64,000 nt of DNA from a virus (taxonomy: Duplodnaviria > Caudoviricetes), in IMG/VR virus record IMGVR_UViG_3300030372_002095, positions 1 through 64,000 of that record; one strand, 5' to 3'. This document shows positions 17,927 to 26,932 of the stretch, piece after piece. Every line of letters starts with the position of its first letter. The first letter of the stretch is position 1. The notes below the pieces were generated by a model. That model did not search any database. It was not told the DNA's origin and saw nothing but the letters and a program-made list of their open reading frames with translations. A program made the position numbers and the translations under genes.

Positions 17927-18391
17927 CTAGCTTAGATTTCTGTTTTGTAAATATAATACAGTAGCCGTAGCTGCACCTGCAGATGCTGCAGAACCTGATT
18001 GATTATAAGTAGCAACGACTTGAACGTCTGAAGTACCTACATCAATTAAGTTTGTAATTTGTGAAACATCAGAAGTAGCAAGAACTCTTGCTAGAGAACC
18101 AGCGGCTAATGCATCTGCATATTTATCAGCAGTTGTGCCATCTCCAAAATCAATTGTATTAGTTGTACCTGCATTAAAAGCAGTAGTTACATCTAAAGTG
18201 ATTTGAAAGATTTGACTGTTTGCTGGTAAAGTGGCAATAGTAGTTGTAGTGCCATCTGCAGCATAAACAATATTTGCAGATTGTGCCATTAATACAAATC
18301 CAGTATTAGCAACATCAGTACCGACTGTACTTCCTGTTGTTTCTTTTAGTGTTCCGGCTTTAATTGGACCGGAGAAAGTAGTTGTGCCCAT
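17927..18391 (-). CDS. capsid-associated structural protein
   Basis: MGTTTFSGPIKAG N-terminus; TLPANSQI; RBS GGAGG; follows the capsid gene. Confidence 0.6.
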   Translation of the reverse strand: MGTTTFSGPIKAGTLKETTGSTVGTDVANTGFVLMAQSANIVYAADGTTTTIATLPANSQIFQITLDVTTAFNAGTTNTIDFGDGTTADKYADALAAGSLARVLATSDVSQITNLIDVGTSDVQVVATYNQSGSAASAGAATATVLYLQNRNLS

Positions 18392-18443
18392 GTCAACCTC
18401 CTTTTAGTTGTCTGTTAAGTCTTGGGTAAATTCTATTTTAAAA

Positions 18444-18472
18444 CAAAAAAGGCGCTCTTACAAGCGCCTTCT
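18444..18472 (-). terminator. rho-independent terminator after major capsid gene
   Basis: Minus strand AAGGCGCT-TGTAAG-AGCGCCTT followed by a T-run. Confidence 0.75.
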
Positions 18473-18497
18473 TTGATCTGGGAGGATCCAGTATTTT

Positions 18498-19400
18498 TTA
18501 CGAACCTTGTGACGCGTAAACACATCTAGGATCTGAGTAACCAAAGCTGTATCTCTCTCTTGCTTTGTATCTCATGTTTCCTGTATCAAAATCGCCTTCC
18601 ATGCCAGTAGCAAGGGCAGCTCTTGTGAAGTGTTTAAATCCATTAGGACAATCTGTTTTAATGAAATATGCATCCGTATCTGTTAGATAATGGTTAACTG
18701 TGTAACCACCTGGTAGCATACCCATATTTTTCAGAGCGTTAATGTCGTTGTCAGCAGTACCGACTCTTAGAGTAGACTCTAAGATTCTGTCAGCTACAAA
18801 TTGAATGTTAACAGGAATAATTAATTTCTGTCCTTTCATTGCAACTTTTAAGCCTCTTTCGTCGATAAAACCAGCAATATCAATCATCGCTTGTTCTAAT
18901 GAAACATCAGTAAGGTCAGCGTCAGTAGCACTTCTGTTTGAGAAGTTACCACCAAGTGCTGTTGGGTGAGCAGTGTTAGCTAAAGTAACTCCGTCTCCAC
19001 CAGTGACTGCAAACGCATTATTTAATACGTTAGCGCCTCTTACTTGTTTCGTGTAAGCCATAGATCTTGCTAGGGCTTTTGTGTAACGAGCTGAAAGACT
19101 GTCATACAAGTTGTCTTCGACTGCTTCTTCAGTTAACGCAAATGCTAGTGCAATTGTGTCATGAGTGTATCTAGCAGTGAAAGATTCAGAAGCGGTATCA
19201 AAACCAACTGCTGCTCCCTCTGCTTTTACATTTGCTTGTCCGAATCCAACTAACATAACTTCTTCTTCAAAAGCTCTGTCACTTGTTTCTTGCTCAAAAA
19301 TTTGAGCTGCTTCGTTTTCGTAGCGTGCGTACTCCAAACCGAACAGGGCGTTCAAACCAGGTTCTAGTTCTTTGGCAAGCTGTGCTCTATTAATAGCCAT
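18498..19400 (-). CDS. major capsid protein
   Basis: MAINRAQLAKELEPGLNALFGLEY...RYKARERYSFG.SDPR; position after scaffold; followed by a strong terminator. Confidence 0.85.
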   Translation of the reverse strand: MAINRAQLAKELEPGLNALFGLEYARYENEAAQIFEQETSDRAFEEEVMLVGFGQANVKAEGAAVGFDTASESFTARYTHDTIALAFALTEEAVEDNLYDSLSARYTKALARSMAYTKQVRGANVLNNAFAVTGGDGVTLANTAHPTALGGNFSNRSATDADLTDVSLEQAMIDIAGFIDERGLKVAMKGQKLIIPVNIQFVADRILESTLRVGTADNDINALKNMGMLPGGYTVNHYLTDTDAYFIKTDCPNGFKHFTRAALATGMEGDFDTGNMRYKARERYSFGYSDPRCVYASQGS

Positions 19401-19411
19401 ATCCTAATCTC

Positions 19412-20029
19412 CTATATTCCTGATGTTGAGTCCATATAATGAACGTTAAGTTTTACGATCGCTAATCGACCTGCTGCAGTTTTATCAACTGCACCTTCTG
19501 CTACTGAAGCTTCATCATCAAATCCTACAACCTTCATATTTAATGAAGCAGTAGTATTAACTGTTGCTACATCTAGTTCTCCTTTTGAGTAACCAGTTGT
19601 ATTGTTTCCAGTAATTGCTGTTGCGAAGTTAGCATTAATAAACAGATTTGCATCACCCATTGCTCCGTTACAATTAATAACGAATAATGCGTCAGGATTA
19701 TCTGCTACATATGCAATAGCTTCAGTTTCGGCTTTAACCGCCGCATAACCAGGCCAGTATGGTGCCCACGTTGGAGTTCCATCAGTTGCAATATACTTAC
19801 AACCCATGAAAACGCCTAACAAAGGAACTGTACCGCCTGCCGCAGCGCCAGGTACATCTATTAATCCGCTAGCCAGAGGTATAACTGGAGTACCAGTCCA
19901 AATCAAACTGGTAGTACCTGAACTCGCGCCGTCGAAGTTAATAGGATACGCATTAACGCCTTGGTTGTTATAGTTTGATCCGGTTCTTTCGTAAGGACGA
20001 AGACCGAATGCTGCATCTATATTAGCCAT
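19412..20029 (-). CDS. capsid decoration/minor capsid protein
   Basis: MANIDAAFGLRP...LGVFMGCKY; immediately upstream of the capsid gene. Confidence 0.6.
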   Translation of the reverse strand: MANIDAAFGLRPYERTGSNYNNQGVNAYPINFDGASSGTTSLIWTGTPVIPLASGLIDVPGAAAGGTVPLLGVFMGCKYIATDGTPTWAPYWPGYAAVKAETEAIAYVADNPDALFVINCNGAMGDANLFINANFATAITGNNTTGYSKGELDVATVNTTASLNMKVVGFDDEASVAEGAVDKTAAGRLAIVKLNVHYMDSTSGI

Positions 20030-20074
20030 AATTTGTCTCCTTTAGACAATATAGTGGAACATAGATCTTACTCA

Positions 20075-20542
20075 TTAAGATTTTTTGTTGCCACCAAATT
20101 CTACCCGAGACTGCCTTTCCTGAGAAATTGGCATGGAGGGGTGCTCTTCCCTCATAAGATCGTTGTCAACTGATTTTTGCTGGTCATTAGTCATCTTAGC
20201 GAAATATTCATCTCTAGATTCTTTAATTTCCAACGGACATCTCATCAACATTAATCCACCTACTGCAATGACACCTTTAAATTTTCCCTCAGTTAAATGA
20301 GGTAAATCTAACCTGTCTGGATATTCCTCTGCTCTCACAGGTTCATATCCCGATCTAAGTCTAGCTGTTACATTTTTATCATCTTGCGTACCTCTATACT
20401 CAAATCTTACCCACCGATGGTGAAAACCTTCTGGTGGTTCAGGGGCATCTAAATTAGATGGTGGAACCCAACCTTTTTTACGAGTTTCTTGTTCACGGGT
20501 CTCTAATTTGCGTGAGGTTTTTTGTTTACTGTTTGTAGTCAT
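20075..20542 (-). CDS. conserved head-module protein
   Basis: W.PP..LDAPEPPEGFHHRWVR...GYEPVRA...GGLMLMR pattern. Confidence 0.6.
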   Translation of the reverse strand: MTTNSKQKTSRKLETREQETRKKGWVPPSNLDAPEPPEGFHHRWVRFEYRGTQDDKNVTARLRSGYEPVRAEEYPDRLDLPHLTEGKFKGVIAVGGLMLMRCPLEIKESRDEYFAKMTNDQQKSVDNDLMREEHPSMPISQERQSRVEFGGNKKS

Positions 20543-20543
20543 A

Positions 20544-21497
20544 TTACGCCTCCTTCACGTGTTTTGCGTACTCTTCGAGCGGCACACCAAGTTTTTTTGC
20601 AATAGCTACCTGTGAAGGTGTGAGTCTCACAGTGCGGCGTCCAGTGGACGATGTTCTTACAGCAGAAGCAACTTTTTGCTTTGGTCTGCTAACCTCCCCT
20701 CCATCCGAAAATTTATGGGGAAACTCTTTACGTATACGTTTATCTATTTCATTATAATACTCATCTGAGCTTACGTCAAACCCTTCTGATACTATTTCGT
20801 CATGAAAAGACATTGCAGTATAGGTCATAGGTTTATCATTGCCAAACCATTTATTCTTTTCTGCCCATTCTTGAGCTTTAGGATCAGGTTCAGCTTGTTT
20901 TTGTTGTTGTGCCTCTTGAGGTGCCCAAGGTTGTGCATTTTCAGGTTCTTCTTTTGTAGCATCAGCTTGAGCTTGTTTTTGTTTTCTTATTTTTAATCTT
21001 TCTTGTTCAATAGCTAGTTTTGCTAATTCTTGTTGAGCAAGAACTTGTTTTTCAACATCACTATTTTCTACTGCTTGTTGAAGAGAAGCTTTTAATAAAC
21101 TTTCGTTAGACGTTAAACGTTCTTCATCAGAGGCAATTCTTTCTTTAGATGTTACAGTTGAAAAAGATTTTAAATTTTTATTTTCTAGTTGTATTTTTTT
21201 TGCGTATTCAATTGCTGCTTGTTCACGTCTTTCAGCTTCACGCATTTTCTTTGTTAGTTTATCAATACGTTTTTTTACACCAGTGCTATATTCTTCTAGT
21301 TCTTCTTCTTTTGTTTCTACAACAGGTGTTTTTGTTGTTTCTTCTTGAACTTCTACAACAGGTGTTTCTGTTGAACTTTCTTTAACAGCATCAACTTTAT
21401 CTTCTTTAAGTTCTATATCTACTGCTTCTCCTGACGTATCTATTGGAACCATTTTTTCTGCTTTATTTGTTTGTACTTCTTGCATAGAATTCTCCAT
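20544..21497 (-). CDS. capsid scaffolding protein
   Basis: Acidic N-terminus, coiled coil, DPKA..WA..N.WFG, C-terminal LTPSQVAIAKKLGVPLEEYAK. Confidence 0.7.
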   Translation of the reverse strand: MENSMQEVQTNKAEKMVPIDTSGEAVDIELKEDKVDAVKESSTETPVVEVQEETTKTPVVETKEEELEEYSTGVKKRIDKLTKKMREAERREQAAIEYAKKIQLENKNLKSFSTVTSKERIASDEERLTSNESLLKASLQQAVENSDVEKQVLAQQELAKLAIEQERLKIRKQKQAQADATKEEPENAQPWAPQEAQQQKQAEPDPKAQEWAEKNKWFGNDKPMTYTAMSFHDEIVSEGFDVSSDEYYNEIDKRIRKEFPHKFSDGGEVSRPKQKVASAVRTSSTGRRTVRLTPSQVAIAKKLGVPLEEYAKHVKEA

Positions 21498-21498
21498 G

Positions 21499-21918
21499 TT
21501 ACATTAAATTAGCTGGCAATATATCTCTTGGATCTTCGACAACTGCCAGTACTTCATCGTCGTTGATTATGCGAAGTTCACCACCATCAATGCTAAGTCT
21601 AGCTCCAGCATATTTTGTAATGATAATCCAATCGTCTTTTTTGCACCATGGTCCATTAGGAAATTTATTTTTGTCTTGATAAGCATCAGGTCCTACGGCG
21701 ATAACTTTACAAATATTAGTAGCAATCGAAGCTTGTTCAATAGCTGTATCTGTAAGAAGAACGCCACCTGCTGTTTTACCTTCTAATTTTAAAGGAAATA
21801 AAACAAGACGGTATCCTGTTGGTTGAGGTACTTTCTCTATGTCTTTCTTTTGTTTCTCTTTCTTTTTACCATCCCAAATATGTTTTGGCATAATTAGTTT
21901 ACTTGCTGGCTTATTCAT
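21499..21918 (-). CDS. groES: co-chaperonin GroES (Cpn10)
   Basis: PTGYRLV, KTAGGVLL mobile loop, VIAVGP, KYAG, RIINDDEVLAVV. Confidence 0.85.
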   Translation of the reverse strand: MNKPASKLIMPKHIWDGKKKEKQKKDIEKVPQPTGYRLVLFPLKLEGKTAGGVLLTDTAIEQASIATNICKVIAVGPDAYQDKNKFPNGPWCKKDDWIIITKYAGARLSIDGGELRIINDDEVLAVVEDPRDILPANLM

Positions 21919-22105
21919 CTTCTAGCTCCGTTTTCTTTAGCAGGTCCGTGAGTTCCTGTACTTCTTGTTTTAAAGCATGTAACTTTCCCGTTAAATACTT
22001 ATATTCGTCCCAATTTGGAACGCCTTGCAATATAGCTTGTTCTACAGCAGTTTGTCTAGCAATTAATTCTTTTTTGTAATATGTAAAAAAATTCTCTAAC
22101 CGCAT
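21911..22105 (-). CDS. hypothetical protein
   Basis: Coupled overlaps on both sides; EYKYLTGK.HAL helix. Confidence 0.55.
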   Translation of the reverse strand: MRLENFFTYYKKELIARQTAVEQAILQGVPNWDEYKYLTGKLHALKQEVQELTDLLKKTELEDE

Positions 22106-22551
22106 GCCTTCATTTGATCAGCCATGCTTTGGGCTCTGTTGGGGGTTTGTTTTGCCCAACGACTATCGAGCATCTCAACACTCGCAACGTCATACTGAGG
22201 AGGTTCCTGTTGAAGGGCCTTCCACATATTACGAAACTTTGAGACCCCAGATTTTCCAAGCTGAAATACCATTTCTATAATTATTATTTTTGCATCATCA
22301 CTGATGTTTGCTTTACCACCAGAAGGACAGTTATCCATAAGATCTTCTGCACCTTTTATAGCGGATTGTAAATCATGTTCTAATATAGTCATAAGAAACT
22401 TTTCTTCGTATTCTTTATCGTCTTCCCAAAAGTCTTCAACGCATAAATGCCCGACGCCCACGGTTCTCTTGCCTAAGGTATCCAGATACACCTTGTTTCT
22501 ATAACCTTCATGCTTCTTTACTGAAGCTAAAAGTTTTCCCATATTTATCAT
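22096..22551 (-). CDS. endolysin, T4-lysozyme-like muramidase
   Basis: HEG.R..VY.DTLGKRTVGVGH catalytic E-D-T triad; EMVFQLG..GV.KF; DSRWAKQTPNRA. Confidence 0.85.
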   Translation of the reverse strand: MINMGKLLASVKKHEGYRNKVYLDTLGKRTVGVGHLCVEDFWEDDKEYEEKFLMTILEHDLQSAIKGAEDLMDNCPSGGKANISDDAKIIIIEMVFQLGKSGVSKFRNMWKALQQEPPQYDVASVEMLDSRWAKQTPNRAQSMADQMKACG

Positions 22552-22568
22552 GATAAGTTAGATTTTTC

Positions 22569-22757
22569 TCATGTGTATATTTTTGTAGTAGGTCTTTTAT
22601 TTTTTAACATTCTGCCAAACCCTTTGGGTTTAACTTCTATATACCCTCCCATGTTCTTTTTTACAATCTTATTTCCATGTTTTTTTGCCCAACTTTTAGC
22701 AACTTCAGGTTCATTTGCATAAAGGTATGCTCTTTGTTTTTTAGAGCGAAAAGGCAT
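22569..22757 (-). CDS. small basic protein
   Basis: MPFRSKKQRAYLYANEPEVAK.W. Confidence 0.55.
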   Translation of the reverse strand: MPFRSKKQRAYLYANEPEVAKSWAKKHGNKIVKKNMGGYIEVKPKGFGRMLKNKRPTTKIYT

Positions 22758-23146
22758 TAACTTTTCTTTTTAGGTTTAAAGGCAGTTTTAGCTGATTGTT
22801 TTAAAGCTTTTGCAGAAACAGTGCCTTTACCCGGTCGACTAGTGCCTGCTTTGCGGCGTTTATTCATGTTGTAATAAAGTCCCTTTTTAACAGTCCTTCC
22901 ATCTTTAGTTACATGAGTTCCTTTATTTGCTTTAATAACAGAACCTTCTCTAGAACCTTTTGCTCTTGGTCCTGGAATAGTTGATCCTTCTCTAGAACCT
23001 CCTACACTTGCTCCTTTAATAACAGAAGTTTGTGCTGAACTTTTTGCCATTCCACCTTTTTTTCTTGCAATAACTCCTCTACCTATCAGAACATCTTTTT
23101 TAGTTATTTTACCGTCTCCACTTAAATCTTTCATTTTTTTCTTCAT
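22757..23146 (-). CDS. small basic protein
   Basis: DLSGDGKITKKDVLIGRGV, GSREGS repeat, GLYYNMNKRRKAG. Confidence 0.55.
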   Translation of the reverse strand: MKKKMKDLSGDGKITKKDVLIGRGVIARKKGGMAKSSAQTSVIKGASVGGSREGSTIPGPRAKGSREGSVIKANKGTHVTKDGRTVKKGLYYNMNKRRKAGTSRPGKGTVSAKALKQSAKTAFKPKKKS

Positions 23147-23439
23147 TTAGCTATTCCCATTCCACGTTTTGCAATTCCTCCGCCACGTCTTTTAATAGAT
23201 CCACCTCTTTTTCTCATTGTGGGATTATAACCTGTAATACTTTTTACAGTTGGATCTGGAGAATATCCCATTGGATTCATTCCTCCACCCATGCTACCAC
23301 CACGGTATTTCTTTGAAACTTCTTTTACAATTCTTTTCTTTTCTGCTTTTAAATTTTTTTTACCTTTTTTAGTGTAAGCTTTTTCGGAATCAACTCTACC
23401 TAATTCCTCTAGTCTATTCATTCGTTTTGTATTAGCCAT
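23143..23439 (-). CDS. small basic protein with xxGG motifs
   Basis: RMNRLEELGRVDSEKA; C-terminal RGGGIAKRGMGIAK. Confidence 0.55.
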   Translation of the reverse strand: MANTKRMNRLEELGRVDSEKAYTKKGKKNLKAEKKRIVKEVSKKYRGGSMGGGMNPMGYSPDPTVKSITGYNPTMRKRGGSIKRRGGGIAKRGMGIAK

Positions 23440-23448
23440 AATTGTCTC

Positions 23449-23844
23449 CTATTTTTTTTTAATTAAACCCATTGCACCTTTTCCGGCCTTAATGCCGAAG
23501 CTAGCTGAGCAGGCAATATATAATAAATGTTTATAATAATCCGGCAGCTGTTGCAAGGCAACAAATCCTGCTTCTATGTGTACAGTCATTCCTGGAAAAA
23601 ATACGAGTGTCGCTGGAGCAAGTAGGCAAATTAAAATGAGTTCGTCTTTCCACGACCCTTTCATTTGATCTACGGCTGATGCTTCCCACTTCACTTTCCC
23701 GGCAATCTGGTCTTCCTTCAACTTAGTAGCGGCTTTAATTTCTTGAACTTTTAATTCTGCTTTCGCTTTTTTGGTCTCGACGAAGCCACGGACAGTATCT
23801 GCGGCTACGCCGAGTAAGGGTTTTGCTAAAAGTTGCCAGACCAT
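23449..23844 (-). CDS. holin-like membrane protein
   Basis: SWKDE + TM helix, second hydrophobic segment ending ASFGIK, basic C-terminus; near the endolysin. Confidence 0.6.
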   Translation of the reverse strand: MVWQLLAKPLLGVAADTVRGFVETKKAKAELKVQEIKAATKLKEDQIAGKVKWEASAVDQMKGSWKDELILICLLAPATLVFFPGMTVHIEAGFVALQQLPDYYKHLLYIACSASFGIKAGKGAMGLIKKK

Positions 23845-23847
23845 AGT

Positions 23848-23982
23848 CTAGGCAGCTCCGCCTGTCATCCAGCTAATAACCCAAAGAACTATAATAGCCA
23901 CAATAGCGGCTTTTATCCAGTCCTTCATTTTCCAGTCCGACCATTCTTTAATGTGGCCCCATAGATCTTTTAATAAATTCAT
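23848..23982 (-). CDS. 44-aa single-TM protein (not in ORF track)
   Basis: Own translation: MNLLKDLWGHIKEWSDWKMKDWIKAAIVAIIVLWVISWMTGGAA; RBS GGAGG. Confidence 0.65.
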   Translation of the reverse strand: MNLLKDLWGHIKEWSDWKMKDWIKAAIVAIIVLWVISWMTGGAA

Positions 23983-24025
23983 AAAACCTCCTTTATTAAA
24001 AAAAATAATTTACCTTATTTTATTA

Positions 24026-24265
24026 TTAAAATAAACCTTTGAATGGTACTTTTTTAATTTGTACTTTACTTCTTTGTCCTTTTGGTCCAGCTCCTAAGTT
24101 TTGTTTAACTTTAGGTCCTTCCATTGTAGCTGAATAAACATCTGCAATTGCTGTTTTATTAACATTTTTTCCTGCATAAGGATTCATGTCATTAGAAACA
24201 GTCATTTTTGCATTTGGATATAGTGAACCATTTATGTATTTTGGTTTTGGATTATTAAGTGACAT
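24026..24265 (-). CDS. hypothetical protein
   Basis: RBS GGAG; ends KKVPFKGLF. Confidence 0.55.
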   Translation of the reverse strand: MSLNNPKPKYINGSLYPNAKMTVSNDMNPYAGKNVNKTAIADVYSATMEGPKVKQNLGAGPKGQRSKVQIKKVPFKGLF

Positions 24266-24282
24266 ATTTTCTCCTTACACTC

Positions 24283-24525
24283 CTAATGTATCGTTGGTTT
24301 AATTAACGCAACAAAGTCTGCTGTGTGATGGTCCATTAATTTATCTGCTTCTACAGGAACTAATCTCTCATACAATAGCATTTGTGCTACACCCATCATA
24401 GCACCAGCCAAGAGTATACTATCTTGATTATTTTGGGAAGTCTTTTCTACATATTCCAACAAATTTGAAAATAATTCTTGAAGTCTAATTTCAGCTTCTG
24501 ATAATACTTCATTTTTAATTATCAA
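24283..24525 (-). CDS. hypothetical protein
   Basis: Helical 80-aa ORF directly after the portal gene. Confidence 0.5.
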   Translation of the reverse strand: MIIKNEVLSEAEIRLQELFSNLLEYVEKTSQNNQDSILLAGAMMGVAQMLLYERLVPVEADKLMDHHTADFVALIKPTIH

Positions 24526-26932
24526 ATCTTATATCCTTCTGTACATCCACTTTTCTTGGATCTTTTTTACTCTTTTCTATCTCTTTTTGCTTAGTTAAGT
24601 TAACATTAGCTCTTAATTGAGCTATATCTTCTTGAGATTGTATACGATCTTCAGCTATTTCAGCTGTTTGCTGTAATTTTTGTTGATCAATGCTTAATCT
24701 TCCTTGATCATTTTGCTCTTTTCGTTGAATATCTCTTGCTTTGAGCTGTATTTCTTGTTCTTTAAGCGCGACCAACGGATCTTGACCTTGATCTTGTGTT
24801 ATTTTTAACTCATCTAAGAACATTTCTTCCAAATATTCATCAATTTTTGCTGCAACTTGTGTTTCTATTACTTGTTGAAATTGTTGTTGTAGTTCTGGAG
24901 GTAATTCACCACCATATTTTGCTGCTTCTTGCTGTATTGCTTCAGCATTTGCTGCTTCAATCTCTTCTCGTGCCAACATAGACACATGTTCAAGAATATG
25001 AGTTTGAAAAATTGTCATTACTTGAGGATTTCCTTTTACTAAAAGAGAAGACATCGTAGTTCTATGTGCACTAATGTGTGCTTGATGATCTTGTCCTCTA
25101 AATGCTGTAAGAGTCATCATAGATAAACCATTAGCATTTTCAATTGCAGGATCTTTTGGAGAAGGTGTTTGAGGAACAGGTAAAATAGCTTGAATATCTG
25201 TAACACCTAAAGCTTGATACATTCTTTTATACGCTTCGTATAAGTTATGCATTTCAGGATTTGTTTGTGCTAATTGTAATTGTGTTTGTGCCAACGTAAC
25301 ACGTTGAGACATAGAAAAAATGTTTGGATCAGAAACAGGCATAATATCAACACGATCATCAAAGTCTGTCGACTTCACGCTAGGAACAACATCCTGTCCT
25401 ACATCATATGGATAAAAAGGTTCTGTAAATTCTTTAAATACTTGAGCTAATAATTGAAATTCAATTTTCTGTGCATAGTGACATCTTTTATGAATGGCAC
25501 TCATAACTCTAGAGCCTCTTTCCATAAGAGCCATAGTAGTTCCAACAGGAGCATTTGCTGCTACACTATCACCAATTTTTTGATCAGCTATAGTGGCAAA
25601 ACGTTGACCTGCTTGAACAACAAATCCTAATAATTGAAATAAAGTAGCACTTGGTTCTTTGTAAGGTAAAGGCATTAACCCCGCTCGTAAATCCCCACTA
25701 GGTGCATCTACATCCCTGAACTCTCCTGGTTGGAGGGGAGTATCATCGTCTTTAACTCGCAACCCTCTAGCTTTAAAACCTGCAGGGAGATTGGACAACG
25801 TACCTGCATCAATAAGTTGTCTAAGTGCTGCCGTTGCAGTTCTGGAGAGGCCCCCGAGCATGTGGATAAGACCAAAGCCATAAAAGCCAAGCCCAGGTAA
25901 AAACTTATAATGTACAAAATATTGTTTCTTTTTATAAAAAGAATCGTTTTCTGCATAGTTTCTATAAATAGATAAAACCTTTCCTGACCCTTCATCAATT
26001 GTAATAATGTATGGAAGTTTTATTCCATCTTGATTTTCAAAACCAGGAAGATCTAAATCACAATGTATTTCTAATAACGTATAATTATCATTATTGTAAT
26101 TAGTATTTTGAGTTCCCTCTATTTTGTTTTTTGTTTCTTGAATACGTGAGTCTTCGTAGAAAGGTTGTATATCAATATTACGATACATACCAATAACTTG
26201 CATTTTTTTAATTTCATTTTCTGTTCGACGAAGAACATGGGTAACTCTTTCTGCGGATAGTAGATCAGTAGAAAGATAAGGAACGATTAAATCATCTGCA
26301 GGAATAAATTTAGATACTGCTCTACCAAGTGTTGCGTCAAAATAAATTTTCTTAAAAGTAGAACCTGTTAAAGGTAAGTAAAAAAGCATTTGATCAAGTT
26401 CAGGATCAAACTCTTCCATCACATGCATAATCTGATAGTTCATAAAATCACGAACTCTCTCAGCTTGTTGTTCTTTTTCTGTATCAGGTGTTCCTATAAT
26501 TTGTGTTCTTACAGGCCCTCCTGAAGGTAGTAATTCTTTATAAGCTTGCGCTTGAAATTGGGTAACAGATTCAGATAGCAAAGGGTGTGTAACACCGCTT
26601 GCTCCTGTAAATGGTTGTGTTCTTTCTTGATATTTAAACCCTAATAAATCTAAACCTTTACGATATGATTCATACCAATCATCTCGAGACGTCTTGTCAT
26701 TTTTGTAATCATCAATAAGTGTGCTAGATATTTTACCTAATTCATCATCTTCAATGTATTCTGCTAAATTAGAATCAAACTGTACATCCATCATTTCTTG
26801 TTCTGGATTTATAATAGCAGATCCATCTTCTTGCATTTCAACTGCTTCTACCTCCATATCTGGAGTTTCAATTGTAACTCCTTCTACTTCAATGTCGGTG
26901 TTTGGTTCTCCTACTGGTCTTTCAACTGCCAT
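24515..26932 (-). CDS. portal protein
   Basis: HPLLSESVTQFQAQAYKELLP..GPV, YKFLPGLGFYGFGLIH, IDAGTLSNLPAGFKARG; P22/podovirus-like size. Confidence 0.85.
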   Translation of the reverse strand: MAVERPVGEPNTDIEVEGVTIETPDMEVEAVEMQEDGSAIINPEQEMMDVQFDSNLAEYIEDDELGKISSTLIDDYKNDKTSRDDWYESYRKGLDLLGFKYQERTQPFTGASGVTHPLLSESVTQFQAQAYKELLPSGGPVRTQIIGTPDTEKEQQAERVRDFMNYQIMHVMEEFDPELDQMLFYLPLTGSTFKKIYFDATLGRAVSKFIPADDLIVPYLSTDLLSAERVTHVLRRTENEIKKMQVIGMYRNIDIQPFYEDSRIQETKNKIEGTQNTNYNNDNYTLLEIHCDLDLPGFENQDGIKLPYIITIDEGSGKVLSIYRNYAENDSFYKKKQYFVHYKFLPGLGFYGFGLIHMLGGLSRTATAALRQLIDAGTLSNLPAGFKARGLRVKDDDTPLQPGEFRDVDAPSGDLRAGLMPLPYKEPSATLFQLLGFVVQAGQRFATIADQKIGDSVAANAPVGTTMALMERGSRVMSAIHKRCHYAQKIEFQLLAQVFKEFTEPFYPYDVGQDVVPSVKSTDFDDRVDIMPVSDPNIFSMSQRVTLAQTQLQLAQTNPEMHNLYEAYKRMYQALGVTDIQAILPVPQTPSPKDPAIENANGLSMMTLTAFRGQDHQAHISAHRTTMSSLLVKGNPQVMTIFQTHILEHVSMLAREEIEAANAEAIQQEAAKYGGELPPELQQQFQQVIETQVAAKIDEYLEEMFLDELKITQDQGQDPLVALKEQEIQLKARDIQRKEQNDQGRLSIDQQKLQQTAEIAEDRIQSQEDIAQLRANVNLTKQKEIEKSKKDPRKVDVQKDIRFDN

